A DNA stretch of 64,000 nucleotides from Escherichia coli (GCF_001677475.2 NZ_CP015229.1), one strand, 5' to 3'. Counted from the stretch's first letter, positions 46,439 through 60,467 are shown. Notes: a model not told the origin generated them from the sequence alone. Made by a program: numbers and translations.

Positions 46439-46488
46439 ACTACTAAAGGAAGGGGTGGCAGGTCGGAATTCAGCCTGCACATGATGTT

Positions 46489-47229
46489 TTAGAACATCAC
46501 TTTATGACCATATTGCTCAAGAATCCCTTTCACTCGCTCCATGGTTTCTTTTTTCGGTGGTTTCACACCGTCGAGTTTGTACTCTTCGCCCATCGCCACC
46601 CACTTATGTTTGCCTAACTCATGGTAGGGGAGGAGCTCGATTTTTTCGACGTTACCCATATCGCGAGTAAATTCACCGAGGCGATGAGCTGAATCGTCAT
46701 CGTCAGACCAGCCAGGTACTACGACATAACGTATCCAGACTTTCACATTTTTGTTCGCCAGATATTTAGCAAACTCGAGTGTACGATGGTTGGAAACGCC
46801 TACCAGATTCTGGTGGATTTCGTCGTTCATCTGTTTGAGATCGAGCATTACCAGGTCGGTCACTTCCAGAAGTTCATCAATTACTGGATCGTAACGACGA
46901 ACAAAACCGTTAGTGTCCAGACAGGTATGAATGCCTTCTTTTTTGCAGGCGCGGAACCAGTCGCGAACGAACTCGGCTTGCAGGATTGCTTCACCACCGG
47001 ATGCGGTAACGCCGCCGCCGGAAGCGTTCATAAAGTGGCGATAGGTCACCACTTCCTTCATTAAATCTTCAACGGTAACTTCTTTACCGCCATGCGTATC
47101 CCAGGTGTCGCGGTTATGACAATACAGGCAGCGCATCAGGCAGCCCTGGAAAAAGGTGATAAAGCGAATACCCGGGCCGTCTACGGTTCCACAGGATTCA
47201 AAGGAGTGAATGCGACCAATAACTGACAT
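46489..47229 (-). CDS. pflA: Pyruvate formate-lyase activating enzyme (radical SAM)
   Basis: ORF 46489..47256. Start taken at [23 protein letters not shown] (246 aa). Radical-SAM CxxxCxxC motif ([12 protein letters not shown]). Confidence 0.95.
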   Translation of the reverse strand: MSVIGRIHSFESCGTVDGPGIRFITFFQGCLMRCLYCHNRDTWDTHGGKEVTVEDLMKEVVTYRHFMNASGGGVTASGGEAILQAEFVRDWFRACKKEGIHTCLDTNGFVRRYDPVIDELLEVTDLVMLDLKQMNDEIHQNLVGVSNHRTLEFAKYLANKNVKVWIRYVVVPGWSDDDDSAHRLGEFTRDMGNVEKIELLPYHELGKHKWVAMGEEYKLDGVKPPKKETMERVKGILEQYGHKVMF

Positions 47230-47352
47230 TGCGGTGTTTCTCCAGATGTGGCCCATCTGAGGCCGTGTTGGTGCGCAGCTCGAAGGCTACGTCGAGTCTG
47301 TTTTGGCAGTCACCTTAAAGTATAGATAGCTGACAAAAAAGGCTCTCGTGCT

Positions 47353-47378
47353 AAAAAAGGCCCCACTTTCGTGGAGCC
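47353..47378 (-). terminator. Putative intrinsic terminator downstream of pflB
   Basis: Hairpin ggccccac-tttc-gtggagcc preceded on the plus strand by aaaaaa (a U-run on the minus transcript), about 45 bp past the pflB stop. Confidence 0.55.
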
Positions 47379-47420
47379 TTTATTGTACGCTTTTTACTGT
47401 ACGATTTCAGTCAAATCTAA

Positions 47421-49703
<2,283 letters not shown>

Positions 49704-49757
49704 GTAACACCTACCTTCTTAAGTGGATTTTTTATTTACTGCGTACTTCGACAACCA

Positions 49758-50615
49758 TTAATGGTGATCGTTTTCACGCAGGTAAATGACCCAGTATGTC
49801 AACCCAACCAACAAACCACCGCCGATAATATTACCGATCGTAACCGGAATCAGGTTATCAGTGATGAAGTTCATCACGGTCAGGTGAGAAAAATTTTCCG
49901 GTGCAGAACCGACAGCGGTCCAGAATTCCGGAGATGCGAAGTCGCGGATTACAATACCCATCGGGATCATAAACATGTTTGCGATACTGTGCTCAAAACC
50001 GCTGGCAACAAACATCGCGACCGGCAGCACCATGATAAACGCTTTGTCCATCAGGCTGCGGCCAGAATAGCTCATCCATACTGCCAGGCATACCATCAGG
50101 TTAGCCAGGATACCGAGGCAGACAGCCTCAATAAAAGTATGGTGTACTTTGTGGTCGGCGGTTTGTAGGACGTTTAGTCCCCATTGACCATTTGCGGTCA
50201 TATACTCGCCGGAAAGCCACATTAAAAGTACAAACAGCAGTGCGCCGACCAGGTTGCCAAAATAGACATTTAGCCAGTTTTTAGCCAACTGACCCCAGGT
50301 GATGCGCCCACTCGCCTTAGCAACAACAATCAACACTGTGGAAGTAAAGAGATCGGCTCCGCAGACAACACAAAGAATCAGCCCCAGAGAGAAGCAAATG
50401 CCGCCAACCAGTTTTGCCATGCCGAAGGGCATTGTGCCTGTGCCAGTGGTTGCTGTGATATAGAAGACGAATGCGATTGAGATGAAAACACCGGCGGTAA
50501 TCGCCAGATAGAAAGTCTTAAGCGGATGTTTCGTTGCTTTATAGACACCTGCCTCTTCGGCCACTTTGGCCATTGCTGCAGGAAGTAAAAGATCAAAAGG
50601 GTTGTCAGCTTTCAC
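49758..50615 (-). CDS. focA: Formate channel FocA (FNT family)
   Basis: ORF 49758..50789. Start placed at the GTG codon giving (M)KADNPFDLLLPAAMAKVAEEAGVYKATK... (285 aa); non-ATG start recalled for focA. Polytopic membrane protein. Confidence 0.85.
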   Translation of the reverse strand: MKADNPFDLLLPAAMAKVAEEAGVYKATKHPLKTFYLAITAGVFISIAFVFYITATTGTGTMPFGMAKLVGGICFSLGLILCVVCGADLFTSTVLIVVAKASGRITWGQLAKNWLNVYFGNLVGALLFVLLMWLSGEYMTANGQWGLNVLQTADHKVHHTFIEAVCLGILANLMVCLAVWMSYSGRSLMDKAFIMVLPVAMFVASGFEHSIANMFMIPMGIVIRDFASPEFWTAVGSAPENFSHLTVMNFITDNLIPVTIGNIIGGGLLVGLTYWVIYLRENDHH

Positions 50616-50674
50616 ACTAACTCTCTCTTTATTAAGTCGGCGACGAGATACTAACAAAGCATTATAGATGAGAA

Positions 50675-50688
50675 ATTGATATAGATCA
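50675..50688. promoter_or_regulatory. FNR-box-like palindrome upstream of focA-pflB
   Basis: ttgat-atag-atcat approximates the FNR consensus TTGAT-N4-ATCAA, in the AT-rich region upstream of the anaerobically induced focA-pflB operon. Exact promoter assignment not possible from sequence alone. Confidence 0.35.
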
Positions 50689-51020
50689 TATCTCGCCTGG
50701 CTTATAGGCCCGTAACTCGCATGGTTTTTATGCAAATACGGAGTAAATATTTGATTATCCAAATAAAAATAAATTTTAAAAATTAACAAATGAGTTGAAT
50801 TTTTTCCGCATCCTCCGCTAAAACAGTTAATTAAAAGGGAGCATCAGACAAATAAAGCAACAATATCGATCGTATTTATTAAATACAAATTACCGATATT
50901 TAACTTTATAATTACAATTATTTTATTAATGCAAATATATGTAAAGCGGGGCATTAAAAAAACGCCCCGTAATATAACTCAGACGAATCATTAAGCCTAC
51001 ATTGCGTAGGCTATTTGATT

Positions 51021-52781
51021 TTATTTTGCCCAGAATGCTGCTTTGGCGCGCTGCAGCTTTTCGTAGGCTTTTAACAGCGACTGATGCGCCGCAAACGCGT
51101 GCAGATCGCTATCTACCGGTTGCAGGCCATAAAACGCCGCTTCGCCACTCATTGCCGCACTGGCTGCTTCTACCGCGTCTGCGCCGTACATACGAACGAA
51201 GGCATTCAGATATTGCAGCGGCTGGCGATCTTCTTCCTGCGCCAGCAATAACAATGTTTGCAGGCAGCGATAATAGTTGGCGCGTTCCGGACTGAACACC
51301 GATGAGTTAAATTCCATCGTCCATTCAGTCCAGACCAGAGCTTGTTCCAGATCGCCGCCAGCCAGTGCCAGCATTGCTTTTAATTCACCGATACGCAGGG
51401 TATACCAACCGTTATCTGACCCGGTCGCCAGACCTAACAGCTCACGCACGCGGGTAAAGTCATCAAAACCTTCTTCATCCAGTTGCTCGATGAGGTTCAG
51501 GTAATCTTCTTTTTCCCACTCGCTGCCTGGTAGCGAAAGAATCGTTTCACGTAAATGGCTGCCCATACCGTTATTTGCCAGCCATAAATCTTCAGCCGGA
51601 TAAATATCGGACATGCCAGGCACGATAATGCGGCAAGCGTAGACACCCAGATGCTCGTAATCGGCAATATAAACTTCTTTATCTTCCTTTTTGAAGATAG
51701 CCATCAGCGTGGCGAACTCTTCTTCAGTGGTGCCAGAGAAATTCCAGTCCACAAACGGATAATCGGCATCTTGTTTGAAAAGATCCCAGGAGATCAAACC
51801 GCTGGAATCGATAAAGTGCGTTTCGAGGTTAGTATGTTCGGCGACTTCTTCATCATCGAAGGTCGGCGGAGTAAACACATCCAGATCTTTCAGGCCACGA
51901 CCCTGCAGCAGCTCGGTCACGGTACGTTCCAGTGCAACGCCAAAATCAGGATGCGCGCCGAAGGAGGCAAAACAAGTGCCATTGGTCGGGTTGAACAGTA
52001 CGACGCAGATCACTGGATACTGACCGCCAAGCGAGCCGTCATAAGCAAAGATTGGGAAACCTTCCGCTTCCAGTGTTTCGATCGCTTCAACTACAGCCGG
52101 ATAACGTGCAAGCACCTCTGCCGGGATCTCCGGCAAGCTGATGCTTTCAGCAATAATGCGGTTTTTCACGTAGCGTTCGAAAACTTCGGACAACCCCTGA
52201 ACGCGCGCCTCGTTGCGGGTATTGCCAGCGGACATACCATTGGAAACGTACAGGTTACCGATAATATTCATCGGAATATAGACGGTCTGATTGTCAGACT
52301 GGCGCGTAAACGGCAGGCCACATATACCGCGATCGTCATTACCGGATTGCAGATCAATCAGCATACTGCCGGTCAATTCATTTTCCGGGTCGTAAAATGC
52401 GCGCAGACGGTCATCAAGCAGGCCTTCCGGCACATCGTCGTTTTCGGTTAGTGGAAACCATTTTTCGTTGGGATAATGGACGAACGGACCGTTGGCGATA
52501 GTTTCGCCCAGCCAGAAATCAGCAAAAAAGTAGTTGGTTGAGAGACGCTCGAAATATTCACCCAGAGCAGAAGCCAGCGCCGCTTTTTTGGTTGCGCCTT
52601 TACCGTTGGTAAAACACAGCGCGCACTCTTTGTCGCGAATATGTACAGACCAGACGTTAGGCACCGGATTCAGCCAGGAAGCTTCTTCAATCTGAAAACC
52701 GAGGTCGGAGAGTTTTTGCTGGAAGCGAGCGATGGAATCTTCCAGGGCGGCATCTTTGCCGGGGATAAATGTTTGTGTCAT
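51021..52781 (-). CDS. ycaO: YcaO-domain protein (ATP-dependent amide activation; ribosomal S12 methylthiolation accessory factor)
   Basis: ORF 51021..52814. Start taken at MTQTFIPGKDAALEDSIARFQQKL (586 aa). Confidence 0.9.
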   Translation of the reverse strand: MTQTFIPGKDAALEDSIARFQQKLSDLGFQIEEASWLNPVPNVWSVHIRDKECALCFTNGKGATKKAALASALGEYFERLSTNYFFADFWLGETIANGPFVHYPNEKWFPLTENDDVPEGLLDDRLRAFYDPENELTGSMLIDLQSGNDDRGICGLPFTRQSDNQTVYIPMNIIGNLYVSNGMSAGNTRNEARVQGLSEVFERYVKNRIIAESISLPEIPAEVLARYPAVVEAIETLEAEGFPIFAYDGSLGGQYPVICVVLFNPTNGTCFASFGAHPDFGVALERTVTELLQGRGLKDLDVFTPPTFDDEEVAEHTNLETHFIDSSGLISWDLFKQDADYPFVDWNFSGTTEEEFATLMAIFKKEDKEVYIADYEHLGVYACRIIVPGMSDIYPAEDLWLANNGMGSHLRETILSLPGSEWEKEDYLNLIEQLDEEGFDDFTRVRELLGLATGSDNGWYTLRIGELKAMLALAGGDLEQALVWTEWTMEFNSSVFSPERANYYRCLQTLLLLAQEEDRQPLQYLNAFVRMYGADAVEAASAAMSGEAAFYGLQPVDSDLHAFAAHQSLLKAYEKLQRAKAAFWAK

Positions 52782-52910
52782 GAAAATCACTTTAGTCGTA
52801 CGGAAAGCGCGCAATAATACGGGTTTTATCTCAAAGGCGCTATCACCGCCGCCACGCCGGTGAACTGTTGACTATGCTTTTAGCGGATAAATTACGATAA
52901 GAGCATAAAA

Positions 52911-53603
52911 ATGAAGGCGTTCGATCTCCACCGTATGGCATTTGATAAAGTGCCTTTTGATTTCCTTGGCGAAGTGGCACTACGTAGTCTGTATACCTTT
53001 GTACTGGTTTTTTTGTTCCTCAAAATGACCGGAAGACGCGGTGTGCGGCAGATGTCGCTGTTTGAAGTGTTAATCATTCTGACGCTGGGGTCAGCGGCGG
53101 GAGATGTGGCGTTTTATGATGATGTGCCGATGGTCCCGGTACTTATCGTCTTTATCACTCTGGCGTTGTTATACCGCCTGGTAATGTGGTTGATGGCACA
53201 CAGTGAAAAACTGGAAGATCTTCTGGAAGGTAAGCCGGTTGTCATTATTGAAGATGGCGAGCTGGCCTGGTCGAAACTCAATAACTCCAACATGACGGAA
53301 TTTGAGTTCTTTATGGAGCTACGATTGCGCGGTGTAGAGCAGTTGGGGCAAGTACGTCTGGCGATTCTCGAAACCAACGGGCAAATCAGTGTCTATTTCT
53401 TTGAAGATGACAAGGTGAAACCGGGCTTACTTATTTTACCCAGTGACTGTACTCAGCGTTACAAAGTGGTACCCGAGTCGGCGGACTATGCCTGCATTCG
53501 TTGCAGTGAAATCATTCATATGAACGCGGGGGAAAAACAATTATGTCCGCGCTGTGCAAATCCAGAATGGACGAAGGCAAGTCGGGCAAAACGGGTGACG
53601 TGA
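52911..53603 (+). CDS. ycaP: DUF421-family inner membrane protein YcaP
   Basis: 230-aa ORF with N-terminal hydrophobic helices and a C-terminal Cys pair (CIRC...CPRC). Confidence 0.85.
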   Translation: MKAFDLHRMAFDKVPFDFLGEVALRSLYTFVLVFLFLKMTGRRGVRQMSLFEVLIILTLGSAAGDVAFYDDVPMVPVLIVFITLALLYRLVMWLMAHSEKLEDLLEGKPVVIIEDGELAWSKLNNSNMTEFEFFMELRLRGVEQLGQVRLAILETNGQISVYFFEDDKVKPGLLILPSDCTQRYKVVPESADYACIRCSEIIHMNAGEKQLCPRCANPEWTKASRAKRVT

Positions 53604-53801
53604 CAGTAAAAACATCGGCTTTTTGCTAATAATCCGAGAGATTCTTTTGTGTGATGCAAGCCACATTTTTGCCCTCAACGGTTTTACTCATTGCGATGTG
53701 TGTCACTGAATGATAAAACCGATAGCCACAGGAATAATGTATTACCTGTGGTCGCAATCGATTGACCGCGGGTTAATAGCAACGCAACGTGGTGAGGGGA
53801 A

Positions 53802-54890
53802 ATGGCTCAAATCTTCAATTTTAGTTCTGGTCCGGCAATGCTACCGGCAGAGGTGCTTAAACAGGCTCAACAGGAACTGCGCGACTGGAACGGTCTTGGT
53901 ACGTCGGTGATGGAAGTGAGTCACCGTGGCAAAGAGTTCATTCAGGTTGCAGAGGAAGCCGAGAAGGATTTTCGCGATCTTCTTAATGTCCCCTCCAACT
54001 ACAAGGTATTGTTCTGCCATGGCGGCGGTCGCGGTCAGTTTGCTGCTGTTCCGCTGAATATTCTCGGTGATAAAACCACTGCAGATTATGTTGATGCCGG
54101 TTACTGGGCGGCAAGTGCCATTAAAGAAGCGAAAAAATACTGCACGCCTAATGTCTTCGACGCCAAAGTGACTGTTGATGGTCTGCGCGCGGTTAAGCCA
54201 ATGCGTGAATGGCAACTCTCTGATAATGCTGCTTATATGCATTACTGCCCGAATGAAACCATCGACGGTATCGCTATCGACGAAACGCCAGACTTCGGCA
54301 AAGATGTGGTGGTCGCCGCCGACTTCTCTTCAACCATTCTTTCCCGTCCGATTGACGTCAGCCGTTATGGTGTAATTTACGCTGGCGCGCAGAAAAATAT
54401 CGGCCCGGCTGGCCTGACAATCGTCATCGTTCGTGAAGATTTGCTGGGCAAAGCGAATATCGCGTGTCCGTCGATTCTGGATTATTCCATTCTCAACGAT
54501 AACGACTCCATGTTTAACACGCCGCCGACATTTGCCTGGTATCTGTCTGGTCTGGTCTTTAAATGGCTGAAAGCGAACGGCGGTGTAGCTGCAATGGATA
54601 AAAGCAATCAGCAAAAAGCAGAACTGCTGTATGGGGTGATTGATAACAGCAATTTCTACCGCAATGACGTGGCGAAAGCTAACCGTTCGCGGATGAACGT
54701 GCCGTTCCAGTTGGCGGACAGTGCGCTTGACAAATTGTTCCTTGAAGAGTCTTTTGCTGCGGGGCTGCATGCCCTGAAAGGGCATCGTGTGGTCGGCGGT
54801 ATGCGTGCGTCAATTTATAACGCAATGCCTCTGGAAGGCGTTAAAGCGCTGACAGACTTCATGATTGAGTTCGAACGCCGTCACGGCTAA
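53802..54890 (+). CDS. serC: Phosphoserine aminotransferase
   Basis: 362-aa [49 protein letters not shown]... (PLP-dependent aminotransferase class V). Confidence 0.97.
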   Translation: MAQIFNFSSGPAMLPAEVLKQAQQELRDWNGLGTSVMEVSHRGKEFIQVAEEAEKDFRDLLNVPSNYKVLFCHGGGRGQFAAVPLNILGDKTTADYVDAGYWAASAIKEAKKYCTPNVFDAKVTVDGLRAVKPMREWQLSDNAAYMHYCPNETIDGIAIDETPDFGKDVVVAADFSSTILSRPIDVSRYGVIYAGAQKNIGPAGLTIVIVREDLLGKANIACPSILDYSILNDNDSMFNTPPTFAWYLSGLVFKWLKANGGVAAMDKSNQQKAELLYGVIDNSNFYRNDVAKANRSRMNVPFQLADSALDKLFLEESFAAGLHALKGHRVVGGMRASIYNAMPLEGVKALTDFMIEFERRHG

Positions 54891-54960
54891 TGCCGAAATT
54901 TTGCTTAATCCCCACAGCCAGCCTGTGGGGTTTTTATTTCTGTAGTAGAGAGTTGAGTTC

Positions 54961-56244
54961 ATGGAATCCCTGACGTTACAACCCATCGCTCGTGTCGATG
55001 GCACCATTAATCTGCCCGGTTCCAAGAGCGTTTCTAACCGCGCTTTATTGCTGGCGGCATTAGCACACGGCAAAACAGTATTAACCAATCTGCTGGATAG
55101 CGATGACGTGCGCCATATGCTGAATGCATTAACAGCGTTAGGGGTAAGCTATACGCTTTCAGCCGATCGTACGCGTTGCGAAATCATCGGTAACGGCGCT
55201 CCATTACACGCAAAAAGTGCCCTGGAGTTGTTCCTCGGTAACGCCGGAACGGCAATGCGTCCGCTGGCGGCAGCTCTTTGTCTGGGTAGCAATGATATTG
55301 TGCTGACCGGTGAACCGCGTATGAAAGAACGCCCCATTGGTCATCTGGTGGATGCTCTGCGCCTGGGCGGGGCGAAGATCACTTACCTGGAACAAGAAAA
55401 TTATCCACCATTGCGTTTACAGGGCGGCTTTACTGGCGGCAACGTTGACGTTGATGGCTCCGTTTCCAGCCAGTTCCTCACCGCACTGTTAATGACTGCG
55501 CCTCTTGCACCGGAAGATACGGTGATTCGTATTAAAGGCGATCTGGTTTCTAAACCTTATATCGACATCACACTCAATCTGATGAAGACGTTTGGTGTTG
55601 AAATTGAAAATCAGCACTATCAACAATTTGTCGTAAAAGGCGGGCAGTCTTATCAGTCTCCGGGTACTTATTTGGTCGAAGGCGATGCATCTTCGGCTTC
55701 TTACTTCCTGGCAGCAGCAGCAATCAAAGGCGGCACTGTAAAAGTGACCGGCATTGGACGCAACAGTATGCAGGGTGATATTCGCTTTGCTGATGTGCTG
55801 GAAAAAATGGGCGCGACCATTTGCTGGGGCGATGATTATATTTCCTGCACGCGGGGTGAACTGAACGCTATTGATATGGATATGAACCATATTCCTGATG
55901 CGGCGATGACCATTGCCACGGCGGCGTTATTTGCAAAAGGCACCACCACGCTGCGCAATATCTATAACTGGCGTGTTAAAGAGACCGATCGCCTGTTTGC
56001 GATGGCAACAGAACTGCGTAAAGTTGGTGCGGAAGTAGAAGAGGGGCACGATTACATTCGTATCACTCCACCGGAAAAACTGAACTTTGCCGAGATCGCG
56101 ACATACAATGATCACCGGATGGCGATGTGTTTCTCGCTGGTGGCATTGTCAGATACACCAGTGACGATTCTTGATCCCAAATGTACGGCCAAAACATTTC
56201 CGGATTATTTCGAGCAGCTGGCGCGGATTAGCCAGGTAGCCTGA
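54961..56244 (+). CDS. aroA: 3-phosphoshikimate 1-carboxyvinyltransferase (EPSP synthase)
   Basis: 427-aa [38 protein letters not shown]... Confidence 0.97.
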   Translation: MESLTLQPIARVDGTINLPGSKSVSNRALLLAALAHGKTVLTNLLDSDDVRHMLNALTALGVSYTLSADRTRCEIIGNGAPLHAKSALELFLGNAGTAMRPLAAALCLGSNDIVLTGEPRMKERPIGHLVDALRLGGAKITYLEQENYPPLRLQGGFTGGNVDVDGSVSSQFLTALLMTAPLAPEDTVIRIKGDLVSKPYIDITLNLMKTFGVEIENQHYQQFVVKGGQSYQSPGTYLVEGDASSASYFLAAAAIKGGTVKVTGIGRNSMQGDIRFADVLEKMGATICWGDDYISCTRGELNAIDMDMNHIPDAAMTIATAALFAKGTTTLRNIYNWRVKETDRLFAMATELRKVGAEVEEGHDYIRITPPEKLNFAEIATYNDHRMAMCFSLVALSDTPVTILDPKCTAKTFPDYFEQLARISQVA

Positions 56245-56412
56245 ATGAACAACGGGCAATAAATAGCCAAATCTTTCTTTATCAAAACGTCGGCACATTG
56301 TCGGCGTTTTTTTTCGGACATTGTGAACCATTTTTATTGATGGTAGCGTTAGCTGTCAATGTAAGTTGTTGATATATAATATTTATATATGATTAATCAA
56401 CGGATGATTCAC

Positions 56413-57177
56413 ATGAAGAATACTAAATTACTGCTGGCGATTGCGACCTCTGCAGCATTGTTGACGGGGTGTCAGAATACGCATGGTATTAATACCGATC
56501 TGGCCATCAGCTCCGGTTTAAATGCCTATAAAGCTGTAACGTTAAGCGATGCCGATGCAAAAGCGATTGCCAATCAGGGCTGTGCCGAAATGGACAGCGG
56601 CAATCAAGTCGCAAGTAAATCCAGCAAGTACGGTAAACGTCTGGCAAAAATCGCCAAAGCATTGGGTAACAATATTAATGGCACGCCGGTCAACTATAAG
56701 GTTTATATGACCAGCGACGTCAACGCATGGGCGATGGCGAACGGCTGTGTTCGTGTCTACAGTGGCCTGATGGACATGATGAACGACAACGAAATTGAAG
56801 GCGTTCTGGGCCATGAACTGGGTCACGTCGCGTTGGGTCACTCGTTGGCTGAAATGAAAGCTTCTTATGCGATCGTTGCCGCACGTGATGCTATTTCCGC
56901 CACCAGCGGTGTTGCTTCCCAGCTTTCCCGTTCACAATTAGGTGATATCGCAGAAGGCGCTATCAATGCTAAATACTCCCGCGATAAAGAGTCTGAAGCA
57001 GATGATTTCTCCTTTGATCTGCTGAAGAAACGTGGCATCAGCACCCAGGGACTGGTCGGTAGCTTTGAAAAACTGGCTAGCCTGGATGGCGGTCGTACCC
57101 AGTCCATGTTTGACTCTCACCCACCATCAACAGAGCGTGCGCAACACATCCGTGATCGTATCGCCTCTGGTAAGTAA
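56413..57177 (+). CDS. loiP: M48-family metalloprotease lipoprotein LoiP (YcaL)
   Basis: ORF 56389..57177. Start taken at MKNTKLLLAIATSAALLTGC (lipobox LTGC). Zinc motif HELGH. Confidence 0.9.
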   Translation: MKNTKLLLAIATSAALLTGCQNTHGINTDLAISSGLNAYKAVTLSDADAKAIANQGCAEMDSGNQVASKSSKYGKRLAKIAKALGNNINGTPVNYKVYMTSDVNAWAMANGCVRVYSGLMDMMNDNEIEGVLGHELGHVALGHSLAEMKASYAIVAARDAISATSGVASQLSRSQLGDIAEGAINAKYSRDKESEADDFSFDLLKKRGISTQGLVGSFEKLASLDGGRTQSMFDSHPPSTERAQHIRDRIASGK

Positions 57178-57349
57178 ATCATTGTCATCTTTCGGGCTGG
57201 TCTTCTGCCAGCCCGCTATAATTGCGCAATAAATCCCCATCTGAATACAGACAAAACTGGTTTTTGCACACAACGTTAACGATTTGTGGCGTCGGCGCGT
57301 ATAATGCGCGCGGTTATGTTAACGGTACGCCTGTTTTAAGGAGATAAAG

Positions 57350-58033
57350 ATGACGGCAATTGCCCCGGTTATTACCATTGATGGCCCAAGCGGTGCAGGG
57401 AAAGGCACCTTGTGTAAGGCTATGGCGGAAGCATTGCAATGGCATCTGCTGGATTCGGGTGCAATTTATCGCGTACTGGCACTAGCGGCATTACATCACC
57501 ATGTTGATGTTGCATCGGAAGATGCGCTGGTGCCGCTGGCATCCCATCTGGATGTACGTTTTGTGTCAACCAATGGCAATCTGGAAGTGATCCTCGAAGG
57601 GGAAGATGTCAGCGGCGAAATTCGTACTCAGGAAGTGGCGAATGCAGCTTCACAAGTCGCGGCATTCCCACGCGTTCGTGAGGCATTATTGCGTCGCCAA
57701 CGCGCGTTTCGCGAATTACCAGGCCTGATTGCCGATGGCCGCGACATGGGTACGGTGGTATTCCCTGATGCGCCAGTGAAAATTTTCCTTGACGCCTCCT
57801 CGGAAGAACGTGCGCATCGCCGCATGCTACAGTTGCAGGAGAAGGGCTTTAGTGTTAACTTTGAGCGCCTTTTGGCCGAGATCAAAGAACGCGACGACCG
57901 CGATCGTAACCGAGCGGTAGCGCCACTGGTTCCGGCAGCCGATGCTTTAGTGTTGGATTCCACCACCTTAAGCATTGAGCAAGTGATTGAAAAAGCGCTA
58001 CAATACGCGCGCCAGAAATTGGCTCTCGCATAA
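57350..58033 (+). CDS. cmk: Cytidylate kinase
   Basis: 227-aa ORF with P-loop GPSGAGKGT. Confidence 0.95.
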
Positions 58034-58143
58034 GCGACCGAATTTGCAGTACCCCCGTTGCAATGGAATGACAGCGGGTATGTTAAACAACCCCATCCGG
58101 CATGGAGCCAGGTGGACGTTAAATATAAACCTGAAGATTAAAC

Positions 58144-59817
58144 ATGACTGAATCTTTTGCTCAACTCTTTGAAGAGTCCTTAAAAGAAATCGAAACCCGC
58201 CCGGGTTCTATCGTTCGTGGCGTTGTTGTTGCTATCGACAAAGACGTAGTACTGGTTGACGCTGGTCTGAAATCTGAGTCCGCCATCCCGGCTGAGCAGT
58301 TCAAAAACGCCCAGGGCGAGCTGGAAATCCAGGTAGGTGACGAAGTTGACGTTGCTCTGGACGCAGTAGAAGACGGCTTCGGTGAAACTCTGCTGTCCCG
58401 TGAGAAAGCTAAACGTCACGAAGCCTGGATCACGCTGGAAAAAGCTTACGAAGATGCTGAAACTGTTACCGGTGTTATCAACGGCAAAGTTAAGGGCGGC
58501 TTCACTGTTGAGCTGAACGGTATTCGTGCGTTCCTGCCAGGTTCTCTGGTAGACGTTCGTCCGGTGCGTGACACTCTGCACCTGGAAGGCAAAGAGCTTG
58601 AATTCAAAGTAATCAAGCTGGATCAGAAGCGCAACAACGTTGTTGTTTCTCGTCGTGCCGTTATCGAATCCGAAAACAGCGCAGAGCGCGATCAGCTGCT
58701 GGAAAACCTGCAGGAAGGCATGGAAGTTAAAGGTATCGTTAAGAACCTCACTGACTACGGTGCATTCGTTGATCTGGGCGGCGTTGACGGCCTGCTGCAC
58801 ATCACTGACATGGCCTGGAAACGCGTTAAGCATCCGAGCGAAATCGTCAATGTGGGCGACGAAATCACTGTTAAAGTGCTGAAGTTCGACCGCGAACGTA
58901 CCCGTGTATCTCTGGGCCTGAAACAGCTGGGCGAAGATCCGTGGGTAGCTATTGCTAAACGTTATCCGGAAGGTACCAAACTGACTGGTCGCGTGACCAA
59001 CCTGACTGACTACGGCTGCTTCGTTGAAATCGAAGAAGGCGTTGAAGGCCTGGTACACGTTTCCGAAATGGATTGGACCAACAAAAACATCCACCCGTCC
59101 AAAGTTGTTAACGTTGGCGATGTAGTGGAAGTTATGGTTCTGGATATCGACGAAGAACGTCGTCGTATCTCCCTGGGTCTGAAACAGTGCAAAGCTAACC
59201 CGTGGCAGCAGTTCGCGGAAACCCACAACAAGGGCGACCGTGTTGAAGGTAAAATCAAGTCTATCACTGACTTCGGTATCTTCATCGGCCTGGACGGCGG
59301 CATCGACGGCTTGGTTCACCTGTCTGACATCTCCTGGAACGTTGCAGGCGAAGAAGCAGTTCGTGAATACAAAAAAGGCGACGAAATCGCTGCAGTTGTT
59401 CTGCAGGTTGACGCAGAACGTGAACGTATCTCCCTGGGCGTTAAACAGCTCGCAGAAGATCCGTTCAACAACTGGGTTGCTCTGAACAAGAAAGGCGCTA
59501 TCGTAACCGGTAAAGTAACTGCAGTTGACGCTAAAGGCGCAACCGTAGAACTGGCTGACGGCGTTGAAGGTTACCTGCGTGCTTCTGAAGCATCCCGTGA
59601 CCGCGTTGAAGACGCTACCCTGGTTCTGAGCGTTGGCGACGAAGTTGAAGCTAAATTCACCGGCGTTGATCGTAAAAACCGCGCAATCAGCCTGTCTGTT
59701 CGTGCGAAAGACGAAGCTGACGAGAAAGATGCAATCGCAACTGTTAACAAACAGGAAGATGCAAACTTCTCCAACAACGCAATGGCTGAAGCTTTCAAAG
59801 CAGCTAAAGGCGAGTAA
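58144..59817 (+). CDS. rpsA: 30S ribosomal protein S1
   Basis: 557-aa ORF of six S1 repeats ([34 protein letters not shown]...). Confidence 0.98.
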
Positions 59818-59976
59818 TTCTCTGACTCTTCGGGATTTTTATTCCGAAGTTTGTTGAGTTTACTTGACAGATTGCAGGTTTCGTCCTGTAATCAAGCACT
59901 AAGGGCGGCTACGGCCGCCCTTAATCAATGCAGCAACAGCAGCCGCTTAATTTGCCTTTAAGGAACCGGAGGAATC

Positions 59977-60261
59977 ATGACCAAGTCAGAATTGATAGAA
60001 AGACTTGCCACCCAGCAATCGCACATTCCCGCCAAGACGGTTGAAGATGCAGTAAAAGAGATGCTGGAGCATATGGCCTCGACTCTTGCGCAGGGCGAGC
60101 GTATTGAAATCCGCGGTTTCGGCAGTTTCTCTTTGCACTACCGCGCACCACGTACCGGACGTAATCCGAAGACTGGCGATAAAGTAGAACTGGAAGGAAA
60201 ATACGTTCCTCACTTTAAACCTGGTAAAGAACTGCGCGATCGCGCCAATATTTACGGTTAA
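59977..60261 (+). CDS. ihfB: Integration host factor beta subunit
   Basis: 94-aa [97 protein letters not shown]. Confidence 0.98.
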
Positions 60262-60287
60262 GTTTTTACTCAAACTTGAACGAGAGA

Positions 60288-60311
60288 AAAGCACCTGTCG
60301 GGTGCTTTTTT
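60288..60311 (+). terminator. Intrinsic terminator downstream of ihfB
   Basis: aaaagcacc-tgtcg-ggtgc hairpin followed by tttttt. Confidence 0.7.
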
Positions 60312-60467
60312 CATTTCTCTAATCTGGAACTGGAAGCTGCTTCGCAGAGTTTTGAGCAGTTTTCACCCTTTCGTTAAATTCTTCTGAACGTGCCTCGGGG
60401 AACGCAAAATTCCCACCAGACAACCGCTCAACAAAGTTGCACACTTTCCATAAACAGGGAGGGGTGC

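Larger units (their letters stand above)
33779..46488 (+). other. About 12.7-kb insertion between core genes ycaM and pflA: AT-rich leader plus a five-gene c-di-GMP/BcsABC-like module
   Basis: Bounded by the ycaM stop (33778) and the pflA 3' end (46489). Five same-strand genes with gaps of 5 to 112 bp. No integrase, transposase or tRNA at either edge. Confidence 0.8.

Noticed and set aside
33779-46488. Possibility that the insertion is a prophage, integrative element or transposon
   Set aside because: No integrase, recombinase, transposase or phage structural genes; no flanking tRNA (serW is 22 kb away); no terminal inverted or direct repeats that I could find by eye. I therefore describe it as an insertion/replacement of unknown mechanism, not a mobile element.
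51651-52451. 266-aa ORF antisense to ycaO
   Set aside because: Nested antisense ORF; the sense strand encodes the recognisable YcaO protein.
58180-59319. 379-aa ORF antisense to rpsA
   Set aside because: Shadow ORF opposite ribosomal protein S1; no motifs, fully nested in a well-supported gene.
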